Assembly: GCA_977016875.1 (NCBI GenBank)
Contig: CDRNST010000097.1
Span: 1,116,001 to 1,180,000, forward strand
Origin: Pavona decussata
Taxonomy: Eukaryota
Direction of reading: 5' to 3'
Length of the DNA stretch: 64,000 bases
Below are positions 13,801 to 25,718 of the stretch, piece by piece (within the stretch, counting starts at the first letter, position 1; the number at the start of each line of letters is the position of its first letter). The notes under the pieces are model-generated. The model saw only the letters and a program-made list of their open reading frames with translations, was not told the origin of the DNA and did not search any database. Position numbers and translations under genes: made by a program.

Positions 13801-15547
13801 CATGAGGAACTGAGAAAGAAAAAGAATTAGTTTTATTATGTCACTGTGGCCCTTCATCCGCCCGCCAACAGACAGCAGTCTCAGAAGTAATTAAAAGACT
13901 CCATTCGCCTCTTCGCATTCTTGAGAGTCTAGATCAATTATAAATTAAAATAAGTTTACTATTTCAGTAGGTTTGTTTTGGCTACACCTAAAAGCTTAAA
14001 TAAAATAAATGGAAACATTTCTTACCGCTCGTTCGCGGCGATGTTTGGCACTAGTTGAAATCAGTACACCTGGACTTGTGGTCACCGCTTTAGAATGGAC
14101 AGTTGGCGTCACATTTACACCGATATCATCTCGTTTCAGTCTTGGGATGATTGGCCTGTTACTTACTTCATCAATAAATCAGAATCGACGCATGCAGTCG
14201 TCGTTCGTAAAGTGCTTGGAGCGTATTGACAAGTTTCCGGGTCAACTCCCATTTGGCCCGCTTTTGATTCATGAAATCGATCTACTTCTTTCTGCATTTC
14301 CTTGCTTCGTCATTATCGAACAGTATAGCGTGCAGAACTATACCGTTCTACATTTCTGAGAAGGCAGAACATTCACCTACCACATACGTATACCTTCCTG
14401 GCACATTCCAAGTTCAGTACAGAGAATTTAGTGACAAATGAGCAAATGCTTTAGCCTGTGGCCGAGATATCGGGTCGACGTCACAAGCTTGTTAGTTCCC
14501 AGTCTCTCAACTGCTCTTTTTTTATTCAATATGGCGGAAAACGGCCTATTTTGGGGGATTTTGTCTTCTGATAAAAACAAAACGAAACATGGAATATGAT
14601 TTCTTTCTTCGCAAAACGTCTTAGACATGCATAAATTTTCGAAATTCATTAAAACTGTGTAAGGGTGACAGACACTTTAATAAGTGCCAATATTACTCTT
14701 TAAATGACCTAGCCTTCTAATGCGCTTAGACCCGAATCAGCAGACAAGTTTAAATATACAACCAACTCAGTTTTTATTCTGCATTAAACCGCTTAATGTA
14801 AAGAGAACCAATCAAGCTCAAAATAATAAAATGTTAAAGAATTTTGATTACGAGTGTTGACCAGTTTTACATTAATCACAAACATCAGAATTTAAAGAAA
14901 TCACATGTTTTGTTGATCTGGGTCAATACGTATATACTGTGTAATACAAATGTAATGAAAGTTTGTGTAATTTATAAAACGAACATAAACTATTTATCTC
15001 TTTTTCATCTCTGTCTTTCATGTGTTTCATAATGAATAGTTTTGTACTGACTGCTTCTTTTTTGTTCCCGTTTGTTCCTGGCTTTTGTTTGCCAGTGGCC
15101 TTCTCAAATGCCGGAACTTGCACGCGTTATTTGTTTCTTTTGAAAATGGTTAAGCCAAATCTCCATTTCCTCCACAGAAGGACAGCACTTTTTAGCCACA
15201 GCGATTGTGCCATTTCCTCTAATCCCTTTCTCAGTGAATGTCTCTTCAATTATACCTGACTAACTCAGTGGTTAGAGTTGCTTCTGCAATGTTCTATTTT
15301 TTAGCCAATCAATGACAAAGTAAACCTTCCCTTTAAAATCTTCCAACCTAATGTCCGCCTCTGCCATTATTAACCCCACGTTCAAATTTTACCGCGCCTA
15401 TGTGTATACGTAGTGATCAAATTCACCACTCCCGAGAAGATTACAGGATGATCAAATCCCCTACCCCCGGGAAAGGCAAAGGTAAAAGGTCAAATGCCTG
15501 AGATATAAAGAATTATTGTTCAAGCTTCGATTTGAGGGGTACATCAC
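10875..15547. mobile_element. Old TIR DNA transposon remnant in intron 1 of copy B, with nested insertions
   Basis: Degenerate inverted termini taccgatcaaattgaagcctcaaca / tgttcaagcttcgatttgaggggtaca and subterminal tcaaat(c/g)ccc repeats at both ends. Confidence 0.4.
11431..11791. mobile_element. Non-autonomous DNA transposon (hAT/P-like termini)
   Basis: 15-bp TIR caggggcacccaacg / cgttgggtgcccctg; 7-bp TSD gctacgt. Confidence 0.8.
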
Positions 15548-16817
15548 ATTTTATAGACATAAACCGGAAAACGGTCGGAAAATGAACCATGTCCAGGACA
15601 CGTAATAACCGAAACCCCGTGAACACTAGTCTGGATGAATTGGAAACCGTCTTTTTTAAATTTGTGTTTGTTTGTTTGTTTGTTTGTTTGTTTGTTTGGT
15701 TTTCTTTTTTTGCTATTTTATTTTATTTTCAGTTTTTTTTTTTCAATGTAGTTTTTTTCTTAATCCAGATCCGTATGAAGGGGGCCATTTCCACTCTAGA
15801 ATGTTTTATAAGATCCGTTTTAGGTGAAAGAAAATGCCGTTTTCGTGCGCATAGCCGTTGAAAAGCCGGCCATGTTTCAAATTCTCTTGCCACTAACACC
15901 ACTGCCAAGCACGGAAATGCTCATCAAGCCGCTGAATTCAGATCGCTCACGAACCTGGAATTTCGCTTCATTCGAGGCCAGAGATGAAACATATCACCAA
16001 CAGATCGATGAAATCAAAGATCAACATGTTTACTAACATTCAACTTATATTTGTGGTTGATAATGGCAAACTTATAAAAAAGCACGTATCTGGCGAATGA
16101 GGCCAATTATCCTGGACAAAACAAAAAAAAAAAAGAAACATTTTCCTCCGGTTTCGTAAACATTTTGGCACCAAGTCTGCTAAGATTTGCGAAGCATTTT
16201 CGTGGAAAACTTGGCGATGAAGTTATACAACTTTCGACATAAACCTGACTATTTAGTTCGAGGCCAATCTAGGAATGAAATGATCGAAAAACTTAATCTA
16301 AAGGGCCATCGCTGTCTCAGAACAGTTCGAAAGGAAATTAAACAACAAGTCTACCTGTAGAACTTACTTTTTCTTTTTGTTTCGTGCTTACTGACAGTTA
16401 GTAGTTCATCCTATATATTCCCATGACCTTGTTTGAGCTCTAGCTACAGTTTGTGTAATTTTATGTACCAAATTCTTCCAAATACACTCTTAACTGTTTT
16501 GACTGTCAACTTCGAACTGAATTACAATTGTAGCGACAAGGCGTTAGATTGGTTTGGCATTCTTCTGATCTTCCCATTAGCTTGTTTGTCCAAAGCTGAG
16601 CAAATGTTCTCATCGAAGAGAAGAGGCTTTGATATGACCCGATGAAGGCAGCTGCATTTAGAAATTGATCCGGATCAGTGTAAAGAATAATGATGAATAT
16701 CATATATTAAAACGGGTTTGCATGGAATTGAAAAGATCAATTTCCTTTATTCTTAGACTTCCTAGTGATTCAAACCCATGACCTTGGCGGTATTTGTGCA
16801 GTATTCAACCAACTTAA

Positions 16818-17186
16818 AGGGGAAGTATCACGAAAATTTGCTGTCATTTCAACACCCAAAAATGTTTGTCTGCCAGCAGAAACAACGAAACAATTGTTAA
16901 GTTTGTTATGAATTATCACCACAGTGCAATAAAACTGTTGATCAGTGCCTCTGGCCAGACACAGAGTAGGCCGGTATGGATTTAAACTTGAAAAATATAA
17001 GGCTAATGTTTTTCAAGTTCTCGCATTTTTCTTTCCAAAATGCGCTAGAACAGATGACGAGTTTTTCCTTTCAAGAATTGAATTGATTTCTTTCCTCTCA
17101 TCATTCTAGAATTATTTGGCAGCTGATTGAAGGTCTTATTTCATCATTTTTAACAAAAGATTTCAAAACCCCATGATACTTCCCCT
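16818..17186. mobile_element. Kolobok-like MITE inserted in a tRNA-derived SINE remnant
   Basis: TIR aggggaagtatca / tgatacttcccct, TTAA TSD. Flanks gattcaaacccatgacc...accaac|ctatca resemble a reverse-strand tRNA-SINE head. Confidence 0.75.
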
Positions 17187-17375
17187 TTAACTATCAATCC
17201 ATCTTGGAGCTCATCAGGTCGTGAAGAGCAACCACGCTTGGATGTTAATTCAACAGATCTTAATAGATGAAAATAAGTAACACTTTACATTTTTTGTTTG
17301 GTTTCACACTTGTTCTTTTTTTTTTTTTTTTTTTTTTTTGTTATCTGATTAATTCACGTCATATTTCTTTTCCAG

Positions 17376-17747
17376 AAATCCGTACTTGGTCACGGTTTTC
17401 CAGGCATTCCAGGATCAAATGGCATGCCGGGAATGCCAGGTGTCCCAGGGTCGCACGGACCACAGGGAAGAGAAGGAGCTAAGGGAGAGATTGGCAACAA
17501 GGGAGCTCAAGGAATGATGGGTCCAAAAGGAGAGAGAGGTCTCGAAGGGCCTCGTGGTAAGAGTGGGCTACCAGGGATGATGGGAATAAAAGGAGAGCGA
17601 GGAATTATGGGACACCAAGGCAGAAAAGGAGACAAAGGAGAGAAAGGAGAAAGTGTGAAAGGAAGTCCAGCAAGTGGAGTGCCACAAACAAACTGGAAAC
17701 AGTGCGTGTGGAAAAGCTCAATCGGAACATCTAACGGAAAGATCAAA
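17376..17747 (+). CDS. CTHRC1: CTHRC1-like copy B, coding exon 2
   Basis: ttccag acceptor, GT donor at 17748; 29 uninterrupted Gly-X-Y triplets then [10 protein letters not shown]. Confidence 0.92.
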
Positions 17748-17774
17748 GTAAGAGTTGATAAACAACAATTGAAC

Positions 17775-18050
17775 AACAAAAATCCGTGAATAAAGGTATA
17801 GATAAATAGATCAAGCTCGTTTAACGGGGGTGACAGTTAACTGTCTGTCACGACAGACAACTCTGTGGCCCTCAAATTCCGGATCGAATTGGAATTTGGA
17901 AATGTTGGTTTTTGAGAAGACAGGGGAAATTCGAGTACCGAGAGAAAACACTAGAAGCAACAACAAACTAAACCCACATATAACTCCGAGTCCGGGAATT
18001 GAACCTGGGGCACATCACTGTTAGGCGAGCGCTCTCACCACTATGGACTA
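17775..18050 (-). mobile_element. tRNA-derived SINE
   Basis: Reverse-strand B-box/A-box-like gggaattgaacctggg...gcgagcgctctcaccact; body tggaatttggaaatgttggtttttgag resembles common cnidarian SINEs. Confidence 0.7.
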
Positions 18051-18565
18051 ATAGCGGCTGCCAGTGGCGTGTTTACATGCTGACGCTCGATCTTACCCCA
18101 CAGAAGAATTGCAAACCACCATAATACTATGTGATACGTACGTTTATTGTAGAAAAGACCAAAGTGTCATAACATTGCTAGTAAAAAAAACACATTTCCT
18201 TTCTATTTTTTTCACGTTGAAACAAAATAAATAAACGACGGATATAAAATAAGACGTTCTCTACCTGGTATCACGTGACTCTTTTGGTTCGATGAAAACG
18301 TGCGAAATTAAGCGACGGGTTTTAAGAGCCGACGATCCTGCTGTGTTTCATCGATGTAAGAGTTGCACATCCAGTTACAGTGTTGTTATAACCTTGTGTT
18401 CGGAAGGTCTTAGGTTCCACTCCTGATAGCAGCGCTCGGATTCCCTTTTTTCCGAGACCCACTGAATAATACATCATTCTTAACCTTGTATTATTTCGTT
18501 ATCTTTATCATGATACTTGTATCCAGGTCAATTGATTTACTTGATTTAATTTTGCTTTATTACAG

Positions 18566-18922
18566 GATTGCTCTTTCAACAAGCTGCAATCTGATACAGC
18601 ACTCAAAGTCTCATTCCAGGGAAATATGAGAGTTTATGGCACTAGCAGCAAGTGCAACCGATGGTTTTTCAAGTTTAATGGTAACGAATGCAGTGGGCCA
18701 ATGACGATTGAAGCTGTCGTGTACAACAACTGGCCATCTGGAAGTCCCAATCTGCTTCATCACAGATCATTTGAGGGCTACTGTGAGAACATCCCACAGG
18801 GCGCAGTAACAGTGCAGTTATGGGTAGGAAAGTGTGGAAGCTATACCTTGGGCGATGCCAACACTGGTTGGATTGCAGTGTCCCGGATAATCATCGAAGA
18901 AGTGTCTAGACCCCAGTCTTAA
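18566..18922 (+). CDS. CTHRC1: CTHRC1-like copy B, last coding exon
   Basis: tacag acceptor, phase 0; intact C-terminal domain ending EEVSRPQS*. Spliced CDS is about 279 aa. Confidence 0.92.
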   Translation, partial: DCSFNKLQSDTALKVSFQGNMRVYGTSSKCNRWFFKFNGNECSGPMTIEAVVYNNWPSGSPNLLHHRSFEGYCENIPQGAVTVQLWVGKCGSYTLGDANTGWIAVSRIIIEEVSRPQS

Positions 18923-18987
18923 GCGGAACCCTTGAAACTGTTTTAATTTTTGTGAGTAACTGAAATAACTGCAAGTTTTGACTTTGT

Positions 18988-19131
18988 CATCCGCGGAGAC
19001 CCAGGCCATAGCTAGTCGGGTGGAAGGGATTTTCGTGGGCGAAAGTTTACCATGCATAAGTTCTTTTTGTAAACTTTCGTCTTCGCAAATCCCTTCCACC
19101 CGACTAGCTATGGCCTGGTTCTCCGAGGATG
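18988..19131. mobile_element. Palindromic MITE in 3' UTR of copy B
   Basis: About 45-bp TIR catccgcggagacccaggccatagctagtcgggtggaagggattt; 9-bp TSD tgactttgt/tggctttgt. Confidence 0.82.
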
Positions 19132-19789
19132 TGGCTTTGTAGACAATTGCAGCTAGTTTGCAGCTTGATTGACGTCTCACTAGGAACACAGTGCTGTCTG
19201 TAATTTCATGTATGGTTTCTTCTGCAATTTTATATAGCAGTTTTTTTGTTAAGGTCAGCGACAAATGATGAAAAAATAAATGCATAAATGAAATAACTAC
19301 TTAGGTTTCAGTCCTAAAGAGTTACTATAGACCTAATTACAGTAATTTAAAATTTTGATCGAGATAGCTCTGCAAATTCTGAAGAAGTTCTTTTCTGTAC
19401 AGCCGTGTAGAAAATTTTCAGACTATACAGAACCATATCTCCGCTATTTTCAAGAGAAGACTTTCAGTGTCAACTATTTTGCACTAGTATTTTGAAATGA
19501 GTGTAATGAGATCAAATGGAAACTGTTCTTGATGCACTAATGATCCCATTGTTAGTTTTATTGGTTAAGGAGCCGAATAAAAGTACTGCATTAAAATACA
19601 ACGCTACGAATGTTTACATGTTCCTTTCTTTTCTTGAATTGATAGCCAGTTCTTGATTTATCAAGTAGCAACGTACTGTGAGGAATCGAAAATTATCTTA
19701 AAATACCATGACAGTTTTTTCATAACTTTGAGTTGATAAGTGGGACTGCGATAGCAAAGCTTGCATTTCTCACATTAAAACTTCAGTTT

Positions 19790-20794
19790 AATGCGTGGTT
19801 CAATTCTACTTGTTACCATCCCCCTCCCGGGAACACCCCCGGACATTTGTGTACTTGACGTCCTATTCCCCACCCCCGGGACTCATGAACTGGACTAAAA
19901 ATAAACTGCTTCGTTTTGATGATTTATTTCTTTATTTAAACAAAACCAGGAACCTGAAAAATCCTAAACTTTTAGAACAATTAACTCCCTTCCGAAGCAA
20001 AGCGAATATTATAAAACTCGACACACACAATAATACACAAGGAGGACGTTTCAACCAAACTGCCCTAAAAAATTGAAATGTATCTCTACAAAACAACTCT
20101 TAAATTCCTAGAATCAATGTGGAATAACGTCTTTTGTATTTTCAGTGCAAATAAATTGCTTTTCTACAAGAAGATCCAAATGTTTAACTCAGTATATTTA
20201 ATTACAACATTAAAACTGCGCCTGAAACAAGCCGAAGCCAGTGAATTCCATTAAAACAAAACCATTATTAATTTTTCTTCTGGAAGAAATCCTTTCCCCT
20301 TTTATGTTTTGAACTTAGTTACTTTTTGTTTTCTTTCATCAGGTCTACTTCAGCTCTCTGACTGGCGGAAATGTGCAAATATAGCCGTTTATAATAACAT
20401 TTGTTTGAAATTTACGAAACGCAATACTTATTTAGCTCAAATGAAAGAGCGATTTTCTTTTGACCTTGAAATGATATATTTTTTACGCCATGCAGAACAC
20501 AAGCAAACTGAAATTAAAGGAACTGCAGGCAAATGTGCACGACTTTCAGTTGGTGTATGACATCGCACACGAAAAGCAAAGCGAACGGATTGCGAGCTAT
20601 ATAAAGAAGAAGCTTTTGTGTCACCCCATAACTCCTTCCGCGAGTAGTTATTTCGATTTGACCTGCCCCCCTACCCCCGGGCAAGATCGCTTGATGAAAT
20701 TCCCGACCCCCAGGCCAGACAGGCCGGGCTTTCCTGGCGGTGTGCCCGGGGGGGGGGGGGGGGGGTGGTAACAGGTAGAATTGAAGCACGCATA
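19790..20794. mobile_element. About 1-kb non-autonomous TIR DNA transposon
   Basis: TIR atgcgtggttcaattctacttgttacca / tggtaacaggtagaattgaagcacgcat; TA context; absent from the homologous flank of copy A. Confidence 0.78.
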
Positions 20795-21470
20795 AGTTGT
20801 ACTACTGCTAAGCCAGGGGTTTGCTTGTTATTGCTGCAACCCAGTGTGTTAGACCGGTGGTTAAAATGTCGTACAATTTTCGTGTCGAATGCAATAGAAT
20901 TGTAATCTCGACCGTAGGACGAAAGTTGATTCAAATGCTGAACTTAATTCATTCGTGCTAAACAAAAATTATAACATTATGACAATGCATACATTAACAT
21001 TAATATCAGAATGTTTGTATCGGATCATATTAGTTCCGCAGAAGTTTAGCATCAACTTCGCAGTATAAAAAGTCGCTTACCTGTCAGGGTGAAAGAGTTT
21101 GTCGTGCATAATTACTTAGTAATGATAGTAAGCAGGAATTGTGACTAAGGTTTATTTCTCCATTGAAACCAGAATAATAGCAAAGAGAGGGCAAATATTT
21201 ACCGAGGTACCGCTTACTATTTTCCGGAAAACTCAACACGGTGTCAACCTACAAACTGGACATTTTTCACAAACATAGAAAAACAACTCACCTTTCGGCC
21301 CATAAAAAATCTTTTTTGGCCCAAGAAACGTGATTTCTGACACTTTGCTGACGAACTTGCACTAACCCGGCCCGGAAGGCAAATTGAAGGACGTATGATG
21401 CACACGTGTGAGAATTGGTGACCTCGCCTTCCATACAAGATGGCGTCGTTAACCACGCCAAGGCCCGGGA

Positions 21471-21687
21471 CAATTCTCGTACCCAGAATCCTTTGGTCAA
21501 CGGGTGGGCGCAAGGAGCGACATTGCTGGGGACATCGATAAAATTTAAATTTTTTGATTGGCTGTTCCGTAACGGTTTCCATTGTTTTACCGCCGAAATC
21601 CTGCGGTATAAAAATTTGATGTCCTCAGAGTCTCTCCTGGCGACTAACCGCTGGCCAGGGAGCCTGAGGACTCTGAGTACGAGATTG
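21471..21687. mobile_element. hAT-like MITE
   Basis: caattctcgtacccaga ... tctgagtacgagattg; perfect 8-bp TSD gcccggga. Confidence 0.82.
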
Positions 21688-22098
21688 GCCCGGGACCGAC
21701 CTCGGTTAAGGGTACTTCCTGGGTTCGATAGGGTAAAAAAGGGAGAAAACATTTTTTCGACCAAATAGAATTTGGAGATTTTATCTAACATTTACTGAAA
21801 AAAAATTGAAAATTAAAAAGCGCGCGAGATATTTAGGAAAACGTATTTCCATCTAAAAGTAAATAAATAAAAAAAGGTGTCATAATATGTAATTTGTGAT
21901 AAGCATTGGCATAAATTAATATTTTGCCGACACGGAACAGAGAACTGGGTGCAAGTGTAGCGCGTGAGGTTTCATGGTTAGGGGATTTGAAATAGAGTCC
22001 GTTGTGTAACTTGTGACATTCTACGGTCAGCCTCCATCGGCATTGCATCAGTTTGTTTGATTTCAGTCGTTTTCCATTATCGTTTTGTCCCTTTCACC

Positions 22099-22782
22099 AT
22101 GGATGAAGCAGCTGTGAAGCAAGCTATCGCGGAGAATAATAGTGGCCTTCTCATGCAGATTCAGGAACTCGTTAAGTCCTCGGTTTCTGATCTCAAGCGC
22201 TCTAACGAGTCCATTGCCTCTAAACAAATGTCTGAGATTAAGCGAATCAAGCGCGATTCAGTTCCCCACTTCAAAAAGAAGAGCAACGAGGATCAGTTTA
22301 ACGCTATCAAAGCGGTTAAAGAGGCCGTCGAGGACGCTCAGTCCGCTCTTGAGGCGAAAGATTTCCTGAAAACGAAGGAGGCACTTGAGAAAGGTATGGA
22401 ACGTCAGAAATTGATCTTGCTTGCGGATAAATCTCCCTACGGCTGGAAAACAGTCCTCGAATACAAGCATCATGATCTCGCGGATGATGAAGAGGATGAG
22501 AAAAAGATTTATCGGGCTGAATCTAGAGCGGCAAGGTCGACAAAGCGTTTTGCTCCCCGGTCGGGCCTGCAAAAGAGGCTTGCTCCATCAGTCTCCGCTA
22601 CAACTCCGCAGCTGTCGGCTTCCCAGTTGCCCAGTTTGTTTTCGCGAGTTCGTCCACAAAGTTTATCCCAAAGATCTGCTTCTGGCGTGTGTTTTGCCTG
22701 CGGCAAGCCTGGCCACTGGAAGGTTTGTTGCCCTTATTTGCAGCAGCCTGGCCCTTCTGGTGTTAATCAGCAGTCCAAATGA
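22099..22782 (+). CDS. Gag-like ORF1 of YR retrotransposon
   Basis: ATG in acc context; RQKLILLADKSPYGWKTVLEY motif and CCHC knuckle CFACGKPGHWKVC. Confidence 0.85.
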   Translation: MDEAAVKQAIAENNSGLLMQIQELVKSSVSDLKRSNESIASKQMSEIKRIKRDSVPHFKKKSNEDQFNAIKAVKEAVEDAQSALEAKDFLKTKEALEKGMERQKLILLADKSPYGWKTVLEYKHHDLADDEEDEKKIYRAESRAARSTKRFAPRSGLQKRLAPSVSATTPQLSASQLPSLFSRVRPQSLSQRSASGVCFACGKPGHWKVCCPYLQQPGPSGVNQQSK

Positions 22783-24871
22783 CTTTATTCCGAGCCTGAT
22801 TTGGATCAGTTTTCTGTTTATGAAGGGTAGAGTAATCTCACCGATGATTTATTTTTTCTTCGTGCTAATGGCGATTCTTGGGTGCTGAAATCTGGTGTTG
22901 GCTCTTTGTCTGTCAGAGGGAGACTTCGTCGAGCTCTCAAATTCTGGATTGACATTGGGGCGCCTCGATTTGTTTTGGATGTTATTGAATTTGGCTACAA
23001 ATTGCCGTTTTTTCAAATTCCTCTGCCTTTTTTCGCTGTGAATAATTCTTCTGCTTTGTCTGAATCAGCTTTTGTCGACAGCGCCATTAATGACCTTATT
23101 GTTCAAGGATGTGTCACCGAGGTTTTTGAAGCTCCTGTCATCATTAACCCTTTGTCCGTTTCTGTTCAGAAATCTGGCAAAAAGCGGCTAATTTTGGTCC
23201 TTCGTCGTGTTAATCTATTCCTTTTTAAGAGCAGATTCAGGTGTGAGGATTTGTGTGTAGCTAAAGAGATTCTAAACCCTGGCGATTCTTTGTTTTCGTT
23301 TGATTTGAAGTCCAGATATCATCACGTTGACATTTTTCCGGATCATAGGAAGTATTTATCATTTGCGTGGACGTTTCCTTCTGGTTGCACTAGGTTTTGT
23401 TCAATTTTCTGTTTTGCCTTTCGGGCTCAGTTCTGCGCCGTATTTATTTACGAAGTTGCTCAAGCCCTTAGTCACGAAATGGAGATCCGAAGCGAAAGCG
23501 ATTGTTGTTTTTCTGGATGATGGTCTTGGAGCTGCCGCCGATAGTAACAAAGCCAAGATTGCGAGTTTGCAAGTCCATGCTGATTTACTTAAATCTGGTT
23601 TTCTACCCAACGAAGACAAATGTGTTTGGGAGCCCACTCAGGTTATCACGTGGCTTGGAACTGTTCTTAACATGTCTTCTTCAGTAATTTCTGCTACCGA
23701 TAAGCGTATTAGTTCTTTACAAGAAGATTTGGCGTTCCTGTTGGCTACTTCTTTATCCTCTCATCCTGTTCGTAAGCTTGCTAGTGTTTGCGGAAAGATT
23801 ATATCCCTTGGCAACTGTGTCGGCAATTTTTCTAGGCTTATGTCTAGGAATATTTTTGCAGTGATCAACTCTGCGCCGTCTTGGAACTCTTATGTTGTTC
23901 TGTCGCCTGAAGCCTTGGCTGAGTTAAATTTCTGGAAAGACAATGTGTCGAGTCTTAATGGGATTCCCATTTGGCCGGTTAAGCAGAAGCCTTCCAAAAT
24001 TGTTTACTCAGATGCTTCCGCTTCAGCTTGTGCTAGTTTCATTGAATTCGAGGGCAAGATGTTTCATCAAAATTGGTCGGACTTTGAGAAGGAGCAGAGT
24101 TCTACCTTTAGAGAGTTGCTAGCTGTTTCCTATTCCATTAAAGCCTTTACTGATTGCTCGAAATCTCAGTCAGTTGCGTGGTACACCGATAATCAGAACG
24201 TTGTCCGGATTGTTAGCACTGGTTCCAAAGTTCCTGCGCTTCAACAGCTTGCATTGGATATCCATCAAAGTTGCTTGCACAATGGCATTCTTATTGATAT
24301 GCAATGGATTCCTAGAGACCTTAATACTGCTGCTGATGATCTAAGCAAATTTGTTGATTATGATGACTACACGATTAACGATGTGGTGTTTAACTCCCTT
24401 GACGAGCTATGGGGACCTCACACTTGCGATAGATTCGCTTGTTCATACAACGCTAAAGTTAAGCTGTTTAATTCCAAGTTCTATCAGCCCGGTTCTAGTG
24501 GCGTCAATGCATTTGCCCAGGACTGGTCCCATCATAATAATTGGCTGTGTCCTCCTGTGTTTTTAACGTGTAAAGTTATCAAGCATTTGAAGCTTTGCGG
24601 TGCTAAAGGAACGTTGATTGTTCCTCTTTGGAAGTCTGCCCACTTCTGGCCAATCCTGTCTTCTGACGGTCTGCATTGGAGTCCGTTCATCCATGACTGG
24701 GTTATCCTACCTAATTTTCCTAATCTTTTCATTAGAGGGAAAGTTAAGAATTCAATTTTTGGGGGTAGGCCCTTGTCTTTTGTGACATTGGCCCTCCGTA
24801 TTGACTTTAGTATCAGCCCTAGGTTTGATTCCATTTCGTCTCGTGTCAGTTTTCGAGTTCCCTGTTTCTGA
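22783..24871 (+). pseudogene. Pol of YR retrotransposon: reverse transcriptase, RNase H, Dam-like methyltransferase domain; +1 frameshift near 23395 and TAG at 22828
   Basis: FDLKSRYHH, LPFGLSSAP, FLDD (RT); YSDAS, RELLA, TDNQ, WIPRDLNTAADDLSK (RNase H); CDRFA...NAFAQDW...WLCPP (MT-like). Confidence 0.88.
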
Positions 24872-24949
24872 CTGCGCAGTCCATCATTTTGTACCATAAG
24901 CCAGGGTGCCTTAACTAGTTAACTTTATTTGTTACACGTGTTTATTGCG

Positions 24950-25450
24950 GTTGTTTATGACCGTTTTCACCCTAGATTGGTACGGTGTTGTTTGTTACAT
25001 GGCCCTTGAGGGGTCTGTTTATGTTAGGCATATGATGCTGTTTATGAATGTGCTCATCCTAGATGGGTGTTGTTTGTTACATGGCCCTCGATGGGCGTCG
25101 TTATGATAGTCTTATGATTTTGTTTATGAGCGTTTTCACTCTAGATGAGTGTTGTTTGTTACGTGGCCCTTGAGGGGTTTTGTTATGTTAGACATATGAT
25201 GCTGTTTATGAATGTGCTCACCCTGGATGGGTGTTGTTTGTTACATGGCCCTCCATGGGCGTTCTTATAACAGTCATATGGTGTTATTTATGAACATTTT
25301 CACCCTAGATGGGTGTTATTTGTTACATGGCCCTTGATGGGTTTTGTTATGTTAGACTTATGATGCTGTTTATTAATGTGCTCACTCTAGAGAGATGTCG
25401 TTTGTTACATGGCCCTCTATGGGCGTTGTTACGATAGTCATATTATGTTT
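24950..25450 (+). repeat. 82-bp minisatellite, 6 copies, alternating variants
   Basis: ttac(a/g)tggccc recurs at 24995, 25077, 25159, 25241, 25323, 25405. Confidence 0.9.
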
Positions 25451-25718
25451 TTTGCCTATAGCCTTAACTTTTTTATTCATGCTGTTTTTCACCCTTGATG
25501 GGTGGCTTAGGCTTTTGTTGCATGCTTAGTGTGTATCTTTCCCTGGATGGTGGTGTTTACCCTAGAGGGGTGTCGATAGCTGTGTTAGTTTATCTTTGTT
25601 TTTGTTTAAGAGCGGTTGTTTGCTTGTATTTATTACAGGGCATATTCAATAAAACCTTTATTTTTGTGGCATTCATAGTTTTTTCTCTCATCTGTCCTCT
25701 TCTTTATTTTTGCTCTAG

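Noticed and set aside
17980-18050. tRNA gene
   Set aside because: Only degenerate A/B boxes within a SINE body; no cloverleaf.
22882-24871. Diversity-generating retroelement driving CTHRC1 variation
   Set aside because: The RT is a standard DIRS-order RT/RH with gag and YR; no template/variable repeat pair and no adenine-specific variation.
24950-25450. Possible CRISPR array
   Set aside because: Whole 82-bp units repeat with no unique spacers; no cas genes; eukaryotic retrotransposon context.
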